64,000 bases of DNA, taken from Candidatus Methanomethylicia archaeon. GTDB taxonomy: Archaea; Thermoproteota; Methanomethylicia; Culexarchaeales; Culexarchaeaceae. Below are positions 40,362 through 50,274 of this stretch, piece by piece. The position numbers were made by a program, and so were the translations under genes. Numbering within the stretch: the first letter of the stretch is position 1; each line of letters opens with the position of its first letter. The stretch spans positions 192,001 to 256,000 of the forward strand of contig JAVYVS010000002.1 of NCBI GenBank assembly GCA_038727515.1, in the 5' to 3' direction. The notes under the pieces were generated by a model. It searched no databases and was not told the DNA's origin. It saw only the letters and a program-made list of their open reading frames with translations.

Positions 40362-41327
40362 TTACATTATTTCAATGGTTGTTTCTATGACTTTCTTAAC
40401 TTCTTTTGGTATCATCCTCCTCAATGTTATATAGTTTAATAATCTACTTTTAAATGATAATTTTATTTTAAATCCACATGCAAAGGGGTGTCCTCCACCT
40501 CCAAATTTCTCTGCTATTTTAAGTAAATTTATTTCTTTGCTTCTATCTCCTATGTATACTGATATTGCATTATCTCTTCTCCACACGATCATGAAATCCA
40601 GTTTTAATTTTTCTGATATTTTCCTTGAAAGCCAGCTCTTTGGGGTTTCACTCTTTCTTAGATCTACAAATCCAAATTTTAATCCACTTTTTGTATCAAA
40701 TATTTTAGTTTTCTTGTAGCTTTTGTTTAATTCGTTTTCAGCTTTCCTTTTAATTTTTTCTGCTCCTGATGATATTTCTTCATCCCAAAATATTCCTTTT
40801 GAAAATTTTCCTAGGAGTTTCTCTTTCCATTCATCTTTGAAACTTAAAGCTCGTAGTATGAAGCTTTCATTAAATCTATCTGTTAACGTATCTATATCGT
40901 CTGCGTATAAGCTGATTTTCTTAGATATATCATCTTTACTCATAAATTTCTCATATACTATTCTTGCTGAACTTGAAGTTTTATTTATCATTATTAAATC
41001 TATGAATTTCTCTAGGTCTTTTACATCTCCTTCTCTCCATAGATGATGATCAATCCAAAAGATTTTGTTTCCATCCATTTTTAAACGTTTTATTTCTCTT
41101 TTTATGTCTTCTGCATTTGTTGGATTCAATGAGATGTCTGTTATGTATATCAATGTTTCTTTAATGTTTACCATCTTCTTTAATTCTTCAAGTAGTGTCG
41201 ATGGTCCTGTGAAAACTACTTTTACATTTTCTCTGGGTATTTTAAATTCTACTTCAAGGTATCTTAGTATTATTGCTGCTGAAGCTATTCCATCTATATC
41301 TCCATGGGTTAGTATTATGCTTTTCAA
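40362..41327 (-). CDS. DHH/DHHA1 family phosphoesterase
   Basis: THGDIDG, TD, IDHH, GGGGH. Confidence 0.88.
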   Translation of the reverse strand: MKSIILTHGDIDGIASAAIILRYLEVEFKIPRENVKVVFTGPSTLLEELKKMVNIKETLIYITDISLNPTNAEDIKREIKRLKMDGNKIFWIDHHLWREGDVKDLEKFIDLIMINKTSSSARIVYEKFMSKDDISKKISLYADDIDTLTDRFNESFILRALSFKDEWKEKLLGKFSKGIFWDEEISSGAEKIKRKAENELNKSYKKTKIFDTKSGLKFGFVDLRKSETPKSWLSRKISEKLKLDFMIVWRRDNAISVYIGDRSKEINLLKIAEKFGGGGHPFACGFKIKLSFKSRLLNYITLRRMIPKEVKKVIETTIEIM

Positions 41328-41386
41328 TCTTTTTCCCTCAATTTCCTTGTTTAATACATACTGGTATCATGTATTACCTCCTACAT

Positions 41387-41557
41387 TTATACTCTCCTCT
41401 TCACTCCCCTCCTCAATTCATTTATTCCATTTATCAATAGTAATATTCCACCTATTAAGAGCACTAATATTCCAATATCTTGTTCTAATGTTAATAGTAT
41501 TATTCCAATGATCATCATAAATATGAATAGTATCGATGTTAGAGCCCTTTCACTCAT
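41387..41557 (-). CDS. Small 2-TM membrane protein (56 aa), missing from the ORF track
   Basis: MSERALTSILFIFMMIIGIILLTLEQDIGILVLLIGGILLLINGINELRRGVKRRV*; start overlaps the end of the upstream gene. Confidence 0.65.
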   Translation of the reverse strand: MSERALTSILFIFMMIIGIILLTLEQDIGILVLLIGGILLLINGINELRRGVKRRV

Positions 41558-42125
41558 ATATCATCATCTCCATGAGCTCACTCTTTTTAATGGTATCAAT
41601 CATATTCTTCATTCTATCATAGATCTTTTTTAATGCTTGTAGATCATCGTAACAATGTTCTATTATTAAGTTTATTGCATCTTGATCTCCAGAGATCGCT
41701 CTCATATAGTATGGTGGCATATCCCTCCCCTTTAATTCCACCTTCTTCTGTATGTTCATGTATTTTGCAACTGAATCTAGACTGTACTCACTTAATCTTA
41801 GCAATTTCTTTGCATATCTGTATAAGTCTATGTGTTCCTTTTCAATTAATGGTGTTGGATCTATATCATGTACTATTGCTCTTGACACCAACATTGGGAT
41901 GTCAAAGTTCAATCCATTCCAAGTTACTATTCTCTCCACATCGCTTAGTTTTTCCATAATTCTTTTTATCAATTCCCTTTCCCCATCTATTATGCTTCCT
42001 TTTAAAAATTCATGATCCCATGATCCATCTTCAAACATTATTCCAACTCCAACTATGAATCCGCTATCTGCAGATAGAGATGTGGTTTCTATATCCAGGA
42101 ATACTGTTTTTGGCATTTTAATCAA
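41550..42125 (-). CDS. RNase H-like DEDD exonuclease (YprB-like)
   Basis: FLDIETT, TWNGLNFDIP, HIDL, HCYDDL. Confidence 0.85.
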   Translation of the reverse strand: MIKMPKTVFLDIETTSLSADSGFIVGVGIMFEDGSWDHEFLKGSIIDGERELIKRIMEKLSDVERIVTWNGLNFDIPMLVSRAIVHDIDPTPLIEKEHIDLYRYAKKLLRLSEYSLDSVAKYMNIQKKVELKGRDMPPYYMRAISGDQDAINLIIEHCYDDLQALKKIYDRMKNMIDTIKKSELMEMMIYE

Positions 42126-42147
42126 AAATTAATATTGCTCTTGATAT

Positions 42148-43248
42148 TTATGTTGTTTTCCATTGAATTTCATGTTCAAAGAATTTAGGTAATCTATCTA
42201 TATTCTCCTTACGTTTCCTATTATGTTCTTCAACATATTCTATTAAGGTTTTAGTTAATTTGTTTTTACATTCTCCACAAATTATTTCTCCATATGTACA
42301 TTTATTGTAATGTTCTTTTATTTCCTTTAGATTTTTGAAGTGGAATATAGATAACCATTCATATACAATACACTTTTCAGGTTCCCCCCCAAATTTTCTC
42401 TGTTCTTCTATTGTTGCTCTACCACCAGTAAAAGCAGCCCATATCTTCCTTTTAATGACTTTCGGTGAATCTGTTATGAATATCGATGTTTCTGGTTTCG
42501 AAGCTGACATAGGCTCTCCAGTTAAACCTCTAATGAATTTTAAGTATATTGATGCAGGTTTAAATATCTTCATTTTTCCAGCTATATCTCTACTTAATCT
42601 CATATATGGATCTTGATCCATCCCTATTGGAACTAGCACTGGATAATTATACATTATTGTAGGTCCAAGTATATGTGATGCTTGTACTGCTGCATAGAAT
42701 ATTTCACCTATATTTGTTTCTTCTTCAAATCCAAATGTTGCCTTCACTGTATTATATGTTAGATTTCTAGAGAAGTTTATTGCAAGTCTATAAACCCATT
42801 CACTTCTTGTTGATATGTATAGTTTTGTATCTTCTTCCTTAAATCCAAGTGATATTATACTTAGGGCATTGCTTAAAGCATATTTATACGCTTTTTCTAA
42901 ACTATCAACCTTTTGAAAAACGTATTTTTCATCATCTGATAATGGTATGAATACTTTTGCATTTAATTCTTCTTGAAGATATCTTATGAATTCAAAGAGG
43001 CATAAGTGTCCTAAATGTAATTCTTCTGATGGTCCTCTACCTGATACTATTGCAACGGTTTTCCCACCTTCCTTTTCCTTTAGGTATTTATCGAAATCTC
43101 TATGTGCAAATACCATATTTAATTGTAGAAATACATGTTTCTCTCTAAATTTATTTGCTATTTCTTCAGTGAAAGGTGAAGCTCCAAATACTTCTATGAG
43201 CTTACTATATTCTGCACTTTTCTCTAATTCCTTTATCTCACCAAACAC
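42148..43248 (-). CDS. trpS: Tryptophanyl-tRNA synthetase (archaeal type)
   Basis: HRDF, SGRGPS..LHLGH, SDDEK, PIGMDQDPY, PMSAS, AFTGGR. Confidence 0.95.
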   Translation of the reverse strand: MFGEIKELEKSAEYSKLIEVFGASPFTEEIANKFREKHVFLQLNMVFAHRDFDKYLKEKEGGKTVAIVSGRGPSEELHLGHLCLFEFIRYLQEELNAKVFIPLSDDEKYVFQKVDSLEKAYKYALSNALSIISLGFKEEDTKLYISTRSEWVYRLAINFSRNLTYNTVKATFGFEEETNIGEIFYAAVQASHILGPTIMYNYPVLVPIGMDQDPYMRLSRDIAGKMKIFKPASIYLKFIRGLTGEPMSASKPETSIFITDSPKVIKRKIWAAFTGGRATIEEQRKFGGEPEKCIVYEWLSIFHFKNLKEIKEHYNKCTYGEIICGECKNKLTKTLIEYVEEHNRKRKENIDRLPKFFEHEIQWKTT

Positions 43249-43310
43249 TATCCCTCATGGAGATCCTAATAATTATATTATTGATTTCGTTTTTATATTT
43301 TATCTTGGGA

Positions 43311-44237
43311 TTGACTTTGAAGGTTGCATACTCCTTTTCTCCAGCATCTATATCAAGCTTTTTTGCACCTTACATTGTTAATGATCCATTAAGATGTGGA
43401 GCTATTGGTGGAGGAGTTCCATTAAATGTTGGTGTTAAGGTTGCCGTGAAATTAGAGGAATCTAATTGTGGACTTTTATTGAAGTCTAGAATTAATGGTA
43501 AAAGTTTTGATTCATTTATTGTTAAGAAGGTTTTAGAATTGTTAAGTATAAATCGTGATTTGAATTATATTATTGAAGTTGATCAATTTATTGATGTTCC
43601 TATTGGTTGTGGTTATGGAACTAGTGGTGCAAGTGCATTGGCTGTTACCATGGCTTTATGTAAAGCATTAAATATTAACATGACATTTATGGGTATGGCT
43701 AGAATTGCACATTTAGTTGATTATTATTGTGGTACTGGACTTGGAACTGTTAGTGGTATTTTTGGTTGTGTTGGTGGAATTAGATTGATTGTTTCTCCAG
43801 GTGGCCCTGGATATGCTGTGGTGGATAGAATCTTTATTCCAAGAGATTGTTATATTGTTTCTGCAGCTTTTGGTCCTATTGATAAAAGGGATATTTTAAG
43901 GGATTCAAGTAGACTTAGTTATATTGAATCTCTCGGTAAAATGACATTAAATGATATTTTAAGAAATCCATCAATAGATAATTTCTTTAACTGTTGTAGA
44001 AATTTTGCATTTAAAGCTGGGTTTATGTCTCCACATTTGAAGAATTTATTTATGGATTTAGAGAAGGCTGGATTTTACTTGTTTACTCAAAATATGATTG
44101 GAGATGCTCTACATATACTTGTATATCCAGAAGATTTAGATAAAGTTAAAAGTATTTTAGTAAAATACTTTAGTGTTGATAGTATAATTACAGCTAGAGT
44201 GGAAGATCGTGGTCCTAGATATCTAGATCGTTTATGA
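43311..44237 (+). CDS. Pantoate kinase (GHMP family)
   Basis: FSPASISSFF, GAIGGG, VPIGCGYGTSGA, TGLGTV, GGPG, QNMIG; ORF track start 43257 is probably too far upstream, TTG 43311 or 43317 more likely. Confidence 0.8.
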   Translation: MTLKVAYSFSPASISSFFAPYIVNDPLRCGAIGGGVPLNVGVKVAVKLEESNCGLLLKSRINGKSFDSFIVKKVLELLSINRDLNYIIEVDQFIDVPIGCGYGTSGASALAVTMALCKALNINMTFMGMARIAHLVDYYCGTGLGTVSGIFGCVGGIRLIVSPGGPGYAVVDRIFIPRDCYIVSAAFGPIDKRDILRDSSRLSYIESLGKMTLNDILRNPSIDNFFNCCRNFAFKAGFMSPHLKNLFMDLEKAGFYLFTQNMIGDALHILVYPEDLDKVKSILVKYFSVDSIITARVEDRGPRYLDRL

Positions 44238-44246
44238 AGATGTGGC

Positions 44247-45554
44247 GTGATGATCTTGGACGCCAGTAAAATTGCTAGAAGCATGGATTTAAAGGTTAAT
44301 AGTGTTTTATGGGTTGCTGGACCTGCTAAAATAAGTGTTATTAGTGGTCTTATTGAAATTTTCGGTGCGAAAATTAAAGCTGGAGAATCTGTTATTGTTA
44401 AGAGGTATAAATCTATTTACGTTAAAGCTTTAAATGATTCCAAATTGAGTATATCCTCTGAAGCATATGTTAAGAATGTAGATAGTGATGGTATACCTGA
44501 TGATTGGCGTAAACTTTCTCTTCAAATTCTCAATTTTAAAGGTAAAATTATGGTTTTAGGTGGTATTGATTCTGGTAAAAACACTCTTATCACCTTCTTA
44601 TCGAATCAATTATTTGATTTAGGTTTTAAAATAGGTGTTCTAGATGCTGATGTAGGTCAGAATGAATTAGGGCCTCCAACAACGTTAGCTTTAGGTTTAG
44701 TTAATCGTCCATTAACTTCCTTAGATAGATTGGAATTATTGAAGTGTATTTTTGTAGGTTCAACTTCTCCTGCATATGTTTATAAACGTTTATTTAATGG
44801 TTTGAATAAGCTTATTGCTGCATCTAGAAATTTCAATTTCGATTATCTCTTTATAAATACCACTGGATGGATATCTAATGGTGGTGTGAAGTTTAAAATT
44901 GAGAAGATTAAATTGGTAAAGCCTGATGTTATAATTGGTATTCAACGTGAGAATGAACTAGAACCTATATTTAATTCCATTGGTGATGAATATGTAGTTT
45001 TCAGAGTTTCAGCATCACAAATGGTTAGAGCTAGAGATAGATCTGATAGGAAGATGATTAGACAGATGAACTATTTTAAGTGGTTTACTAATGCAATGAA
45101 TAAGAAGGTTTTAATTGATGAATTGTATGGGATTGAACCTAACATTTTTAGTGGCTATCCATTGGATGATTTAAAGTTTAAACGTATTAGTGAACTTTTA
45201 GGTGTAAATATAATTTCATCTTTAATTGCAAATGATAATAAACTTGTAGCCATCACTACCAATGATATTGAAGTTGATAGTACTGTTAAAGATAAAATTA
45301 TAAGTGAATTTGGGGTTAAGGAAGTCATCCTCTTATCCTTCTCCAATCTAATACCACTTTTAATTGCCTTTGAAGATATTAATGGTGATTTTGCTGGGCT
45401 TGGAATAATTACAAATATGGATTTAAAGAATAAATGGATACAAGTATATACTAATGTGAGTATACCATGGAATAAACTCAAATTAATCTTAGGTTTAGTT
45501 AAAATAGATCCATTAAATTTCGATGAGATTGGTTTTTCCAATATCCCAATTTAA
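44247..45554 (+). CDS. Clp1/Grc3-family polynucleotide 5'-hydroxyl kinase
   Basis: N-terminal GPA...G.IEIFGA domain, P-loop GGIDSGKNT, LDADVGQ, GPPTT, INTTGW, RxxxR lid. Confidence 0.85.
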   Translation: MMILDASKIARSMDLKVNSVLWVAGPAKISVISGLIEIFGAKIKAGESVIVKRYKSIYVKALNDSKLSISSEAYVKNVDSDGIPDDWRKLSLQILNFKGKIMVLGGIDSGKNTLITFLSNQLFDLGFKIGVLDADVGQNELGPPTTLALGLVNRPLTSLDRLELLKCIFVGSTSPAYVYKRLFNGLNKLIAASRNFNFDYLFINTTGWISNGGVKFKIEKIKLVKPDVIIGIQRENELEPIFNSIGDEYVVFRVSASQMVRARDRSDRKMIRQMNYFKWFTNAMNKKVLIDELYGIEPNIFSGYPLDDLKFKRISELLGVNIISSLIANDNKLVAITTNDIEVDSTVKDKIISEFGVKEVILLSFSNLIPLLIAFEDINGDFAGLGIITNMDLKNKWIQVYTNVSIPWNKLKLILGLVKIDPLNFDEIGFSNIPI

Positions 45555-45598
45555 CCATTTTAACAATACCTTTTATTACTGTTTAAGCTTATTTTATT

Positions 45599-46348
45599 AT
45601 GGTAATTATGACTTTAAGACTTTATCTGGAGGATTCCTATATTAGGAGCTTTAAAGCTAAAGTTTTACGTATCGATAATTTTAATGATTTATTCCATGTG
45701 ACTCTGGATAAAACAGCCTTCTATCCCATTAGTGGTGGTCAAGATCATGATACTGGGATCATGAAGGGATTAAATGGACTATTTAAAGTTGTACGTGTTG
45801 AAGAATTAGAAGATGGGAATATAATTCATAAAGGGGTTTTAGATGGTTATATTAATGTTGGAAGTGAAGTTGAATGCTCTTTAGATTGGGATAGAAGGTA
45901 TAAATTGATGAAGATGCATACTGCAGCACACATAATAATACAATCAGTTAAGAAGTATTTTAATCAAAATGTTAATTGTGTGAGTGCAAATAAGAGTGTT
46001 AATGGTGGGCATCTTGACTTTCAAGCTCCTATACAGAGGGATATGTTGAGTAAAATTGAAGAAATTGCCAATACTATTATACGTGAAAATAGACCAATTT
46101 TAATTCATTATATGAATTTTGATGAGGCTGAAAGATATATTTCAAAGTTTGGTGAAAGTCTGGATTTATACTTAAGGAAGCATACAGTTAAAGGACCTAT
46201 TAGGATTGTAGAAGTTAAAGATTGGATTGCTATTCCATGTGGAGGTACCCATGTAAAGTTTAGTGGTGAGATAGGAGGTGTGAAAATTTTAAAGAGGGAG
46301 AGTAAGGGTAAAGGGGTTGTGAGAATATATTACAATGTTATTGAATAA
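45599..46348 (+). CDS. alaX: AlaX alanyl-tRNA trans-editing protein
   Basis: LYLEDSY, TAFYPISGGQ, HTAAH, CGGTH. Confidence 0.9.
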   Translation: MVIMTLRLYLEDSYIRSFKAKVLRIDNFNDLFHVTLDKTAFYPISGGQDHDTGIMKGLNGLFKVVRVEELEDGNIIHKGVLDGYINVGSEVECSLDWDRRYKLMKMHTAAHIIIQSVKKYFNQNVNCVSANKSVNGGHLDFQAPIQRDMLSKIEEIANTIIRENRPILIHYMNFDEAERYISKFGESLDLYLRKHTVKGPIRIVEVKDWIAIPCGGTHVKFSGEIGGVKILKRESKGKGVVRIYYNVIE

Positions 46349-46361
46349 TTTTGCATTTTAT

Positions 46362-47279
46362 TTAAGCAAATAATTTTATCTTTGCTAGTAGGCTTTTCAT
46401 AGAGTATTTCAATGAGTAATGTAGTTCTGGACAATAATACTTCGTTTCCAACCCTCTTTCCCTATACCTCCTTCTTAATTCCATTAGACTTAACCCTAAT
46501 ACATTTATACTATCTGAAGCATATGTAAAAGTCCATTCACCACCGAATGATGGTACATAACTTGAGTATATCCCAACATATTTGAATAATTTCTTTAAAG
46601 ATGTCTGTATATCTAATATTACCCTTGGATACATTTCATATCCTGATGTTTGCGTTAATAGTATTCCACCATTATTCAATAGTCCCTTTATTTTTCTGAA
46701 AAATTCTATCCTATACAATTCTATTGCAGGTCCAGTAGGCTCTGGATCTGTTAAATCCATTAATATTACATCAAATTTTTCATGAGCTCTTTCAACATAT
46801 ATTTTGCCATCTTCAATTATTATCTTCACTCTTGGATCTTCAAAAGCTCCTCTTGGTATATTTGGTAGATAGTTTTTAACGGTTTTTATAACTTCTTCAT
46901 CTATTTCCACTATTGTTACCTCCTTTACGGTTTTATGTTTTAATACTTCTCTTAGAACTCCTCCATCTCCTCCACCTATTATCAATATCTTCTCCGGTTT
47001 TTCATGGCTTATTAATGCTGGGTGAACGTGCATTTCATGGTATAAACATTCATCTTTTTCAGATAATTGTATTAGATTATCTAATACTAGGCATTTACCA
47101 TACTCCTCGAACTCTATAACTTCTATTTTTTGATATTTAGATTGTGTATACGTTATTTTATCTTTTACTTCTAGCATTTTATATGTGTGTGGTGATGTTC
47201 TTTCTAGATAGTACTTTCCAAGTTTATACTCATCTGAAAAATCCATGTTTATCACTTTGATAATATTGGAATAATTCAA
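46362..47279 (-). CDS. speE: Polyamine aminopropyltransferase (spermidine synthase)
   Basis: SKYQ, YHE, IIGGGDGGVLRE, VEID, DG, DLTDP. Confidence 0.9.
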   Translation of the reverse strand: MNYSNIIKVINMDFSDEYKLGKYYLERTSPHTYKMLEVKDKITYTQSKYQKIEVIEFEEYGKCLVLDNLIQLSEKDECLYHEMHVHPALISHEKPEKILIIGGGDGGVLREVLKHKTVKEVTIVEIDEEVIKTVKNYLPNIPRGAFEDPRVKIIIEDGKIYVERAHEKFDVILMDLTDPEPTGPAIELYRIEFFRKIKGLLNNGGILLTQTSGYEMYPRVILDIQTSLKKLFKYVGIYSSYVPSFGGEWTFTYASDSINVLGLSLMELRRRYRERGLETKYYCPELHYSLKYSMKSLLAKIKLFA

Positions 47280-47303
47280 ATATAACTGTTATCATTAAGT
47301 TAA

Positions 47304-47678
47304 TTGGTGATTTTCATTAAGAAGTTTTCATTTATTTTTGTGAATGAACTTGCTGGTGATATAGTTAGGGTTTTGGCTCTCTCTCTTGGTAGACTTTGGT
47401 TTAGTGAGCTTGTTGCAGAAGTTAATGCATTTAGGTCTACTTTGGGTATTAGTGAAATTGTAGATGAAGATAGTATTAGAAATTCTTTGAAGTTTCTTGA
47501 ATCTAATGGTATTGTTTATTGTGAAGATAGATTGAGAAGTCAATTACTTGGTGAAAGTGTTAAAGATACTTTGGTTTCATTGTTGAATTATGATTCTATA
47601 ATTAATGAGCTTAAGAATGATGAAAGGTATAATGCCTATATCTCTAAGTATCGTTCTTCATTTCTAAGTTTTACATAA
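47304..47678 (+). CDS. Hypothetical protein, possible winged-helix
   Basis: LWFSEL...SIRNSLKFLESNGIV pattern. Confidence 0.6.
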   Translation: MVIFIKKFSFIFVNELAGDIVRVLALSLGRLWFSELVAEVNAFRSTLGISEIVDEDSIRNSLKFLESNGIVYCEDRLRSQLLGESVKDTLVSLLNYDSIINELKNDERYNAYISKYRSSFLSFT

Positions 47679-49026
47679 AATTGTTTTGTTGAATTATCCT
47701 CCTTTTTTCCTCAATGATCTTCATTATTTGTTGTGGATTTGGTGATCCAATATTACCTTTTATATTAATGTATTCTTGTACTCTTGTTGGTATCTTATTA
47801 GTTAACCCAATTTTTCCACTAATAATTCTTATAGCTTCATAAATATCGCTCTTCGCTTCTTTCAATGCTTCAGCCATGATTTCATGTGCCTTCCTATGTG
47901 GTATACCAAATTTTGTTGAGATATATTCCACTACTTCTGCTGCTATTATTGGATTGTTTTCGGCATCTTGCCTCATTCTTCTAGCATTTATTTTCATATC
48001 TTTTATTGCATCACTAATAACTTTTAGAGAGTTTTTGAGGTTTCTAGTTATATTCCATAGATGTTTTGTTGCTTCTTGTAGATCTAAATTGTATCCTGAG
48101 GGTAATCCCTTTATTATACTCATTATGGCTGTATTTTCCCCTATTGCTTCACCTGCCTGTGCCCTCATTACTTCCATTGTTACAGGGTTCTTTTTATGTG
48201 GCATTAAACTACTTGTTGCAAGATGTCCATCTGGTAGTTGTATGTAGTTGAATTGATTTGTTGACCATATTATTAGGTCTTCTGCTATTCTACTTAATGT
48301 TACTTGTAGTGCTGTTAATATTGATGATACTATTATCATAAAGCTTCTACTACCAGTAGCTTTAATGGTGTTTACATCTATGTTTTTCATTCCAAGGTTT
48401 TCTGCCATTCTAATTCTATCCATATTTACTATGCTTCCAGCTATAGCTCCTGAGCCTAAGGGTGATTTATCAATTATTTCATTTCTTATGTATTCCAATA
48501 TTTTTTGATATTCTTCCATTTCCTCCTCTATGTATAGTAGATAGTGGGCTAGTGTTATTGGTTGTGCTGATTGTAGATGTGTAAAACTTGGCATTATTGT
48601 TTCAATATTTTCTTCAGCTTTTCCCAGCAATATTATTCTTAATCTTATTATTTCGCTTATTATCGTATTTAATTCACTTTTTATATGTAGTTTTATTGCT
48701 GTAGCTACATGGTCATTTCTACTTTTCCCTAAACTTATAATTTTTGCTTCTTCTCCAAGTATTTTCTCCAATTCTATTTCAATAGCTTCATGTATATCTT
48801 CAGCTTCATTTTTAAATATCCTATCTTGCTCTTTCTCCAATATTTCTAATGCTTTAATGATTTTTTCACATTGTTCTTCACTTATCAATTTTTGTTCTTT
48901 TAATTCCTTTACATGTACTTTTAATGTAGTTATAACTTCAAGTGTTATTTCTCTATCTTCTTCCATGGAGCTTTCATATTCCATAAGCCATTTTTCTTGT
49001 TTTCCCAATAATCCTCTTCTATACAT
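47671..49026 (-). CDS. argH: Argininosuccinate lyase
   Basis: EDIH, GKSRND, FTHLQ, SPLGSGA, TSSLMPHKKNP, GYNLDLQ. Confidence 0.94.
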   Translation of the reverse strand: MYRRGLLGKQEKWLMEYESSMEEDREITLEVITTLKVHVKELKEQKLISEEQCEKIIKALEILEKEQDRIFKNEAEDIHEAIEIELEKILGEEAKIISLGKSRNDHVATAIKLHIKSELNTIISEIIRLRIILLGKAEENIETIMPSFTHLQSAQPITLAHYLLYIEEEMEEYQKILEYIRNEIIDKSPLGSGAIAGSIVNMDRIRMAENLGMKNIDVNTIKATGSRSFMIIVSSILTALQVTLSRIAEDLIIWSTNQFNYIQLPDGHLATSSLMPHKKNPVTMEVMRAQAGEAIGENTAIMSIIKGLPSGYNLDLQEATKHLWNITRNLKNSLKVISDAIKDMKINARRMRQDAENNPIIAAEVVEYISTKFGIPHRKAHEIMAEALKEAKSDIYEAIRIISGKIGLTNKIPTRVQEYINIKGNIGSPNPQQIMKIIEEKRRIIQQNNFM

Positions 49027-50217
49027 CTATTTTACATCCCTCAACTTTTGATTTGCCATTACTGTTTGCATACCCCATATTTCCACAAATCCTTCAGCCA
49101 TTTTCTGATTGAATGTGCTCCAAGCTTCATATGTCGCTATTTCTTTACTATATATGCTGTATTCAGATCTCCTACCAATACATATGATACTTCCCTTATA
49201 CAACTTTAATTTCACATCTCCATAAACTCTCTTTTGAGTTTCATTTATGAAGGCCTCTAAAGCTTTTCTAAGTGGACTCATCCATAAACCTGCATATGAT
49301 AGGTATGTCCATTCATCATCCACTATTTGTTTAAATCTTAATTCTTGTGATGTCAAAGTTAATTTTTCTAGATCTTTGTGTGCTTCTATTAATGTTATTG
49401 CTGCTGGTGCTTCATATACTTCTCTAGATTTTAATCCAACAATCCTATCTTCTATGTGGTCTATTCTTCCTATACCGTGTTTTCCAGCTAAATGATTTAA
49501 TTCAATTATTAAATCTTTGAATCTCATGTGTTCATCGTTCAGTTTTATTGGTTTTCCATTTTCAAAAGTTATTTTTATGATTTCAGGGGTTTCATTCGCT
49601 TTTTCTGGACTTACAGTTAATTTAAATATTTCTTCCGGTGGTTCTTGGTATGGATCTTCTAATACTCCGCACTCTATACTTCTACCCCATAAGTTTTCGT
49701 CAATACTGTAGGGGCTTTCACTTATTTTTACTGGCAGATTTCTTTTCTTAGCATATTCTATTTCCCAATCTCTTGTTAATCCCAGTTCTCTCACTGGTGC
49801 TATTACTTTTATCTTTGGATCCAATGATTTTATTGTTACATCAAATCTTATTTGATCGTTACCCTTTCCAGTACATCCATGTGCTACAGCATCAGCCCCC
49901 TCTTTTTTAGCTATTTCCACAAGTTTCTTTGCTATCAATGGTCTCGATATTGCACTTGATACTGGATACTTCTGTTGGTATAGTGCGTTTGCTTTTAATG
50001 CTGGGAGTACATATTCTTCTGCAAATTCTTCTCTTGCATCTATATTGTAGTGTTTTATTGATCCTGCTTTTATAGCTCTTTCTTCTATTTCTTCATAGTC
50101 TTTTTCTTGTCCAAGATTTAATGTTAAAGTTATTACTTCTGCATTATACTTTTCTTGGAGTATTTTTAGGAGTACTGTTGTATCTAATCCTCCTGAATAT
50201 GCTAATACAACTTTCAT
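49027..50217 (-). CDS. argG: Argininosuccinate synthase
   Basis: LAYSGGLDT, HGCTGKGNDQIRF, SIDENLWGRSIE, KSREVYEAP. Confidence 0.96.
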   Translation of the reverse strand: MKVVLAYSGGLDTTVLLKILQEKYNAEVITLTLNLGQEKDYEEIEERAIKAGSIKHYNIDAREEFAEEYVLPALKANALYQQKYPVSSAISRPLIAKKLVEIAKKEGADAVAHGCTGKGNDQIRFDVTIKSLDPKIKVIAPVRELGLTRDWEIEYAKKRNLPVKISESPYSIDENLWGRSIECGVLEDPYQEPPEEIFKLTVSPEKANETPEIIKITFENGKPIKLNDEHMRFKDLIIELNHLAGKHGIGRIDHIEDRIVGLKSREVYEAPAAITLIEAHKDLEKLTLTSQELRFKQIVDDEWTYLSYAGLWMSPLRKALEAFINETQKRVYGDVKLKLYKGSIICIGRRSEYSIYSKEIATYEAWSTFNQKMAEGFVEIWGMQTVMANQKLRDVK

Positions 50218-50274
50218 TTAAATCCTTAAAGGTGAATTTCACATTAATTTTTTATAGTTTTTGTGTTTTTTAAA

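Noticed and set aside
44247-44253. GTGATGA as the C box of a C/D sRNA
   Set aside because: No suitably spaced CTGA D/D' boxes, and it coincides with a start codon.
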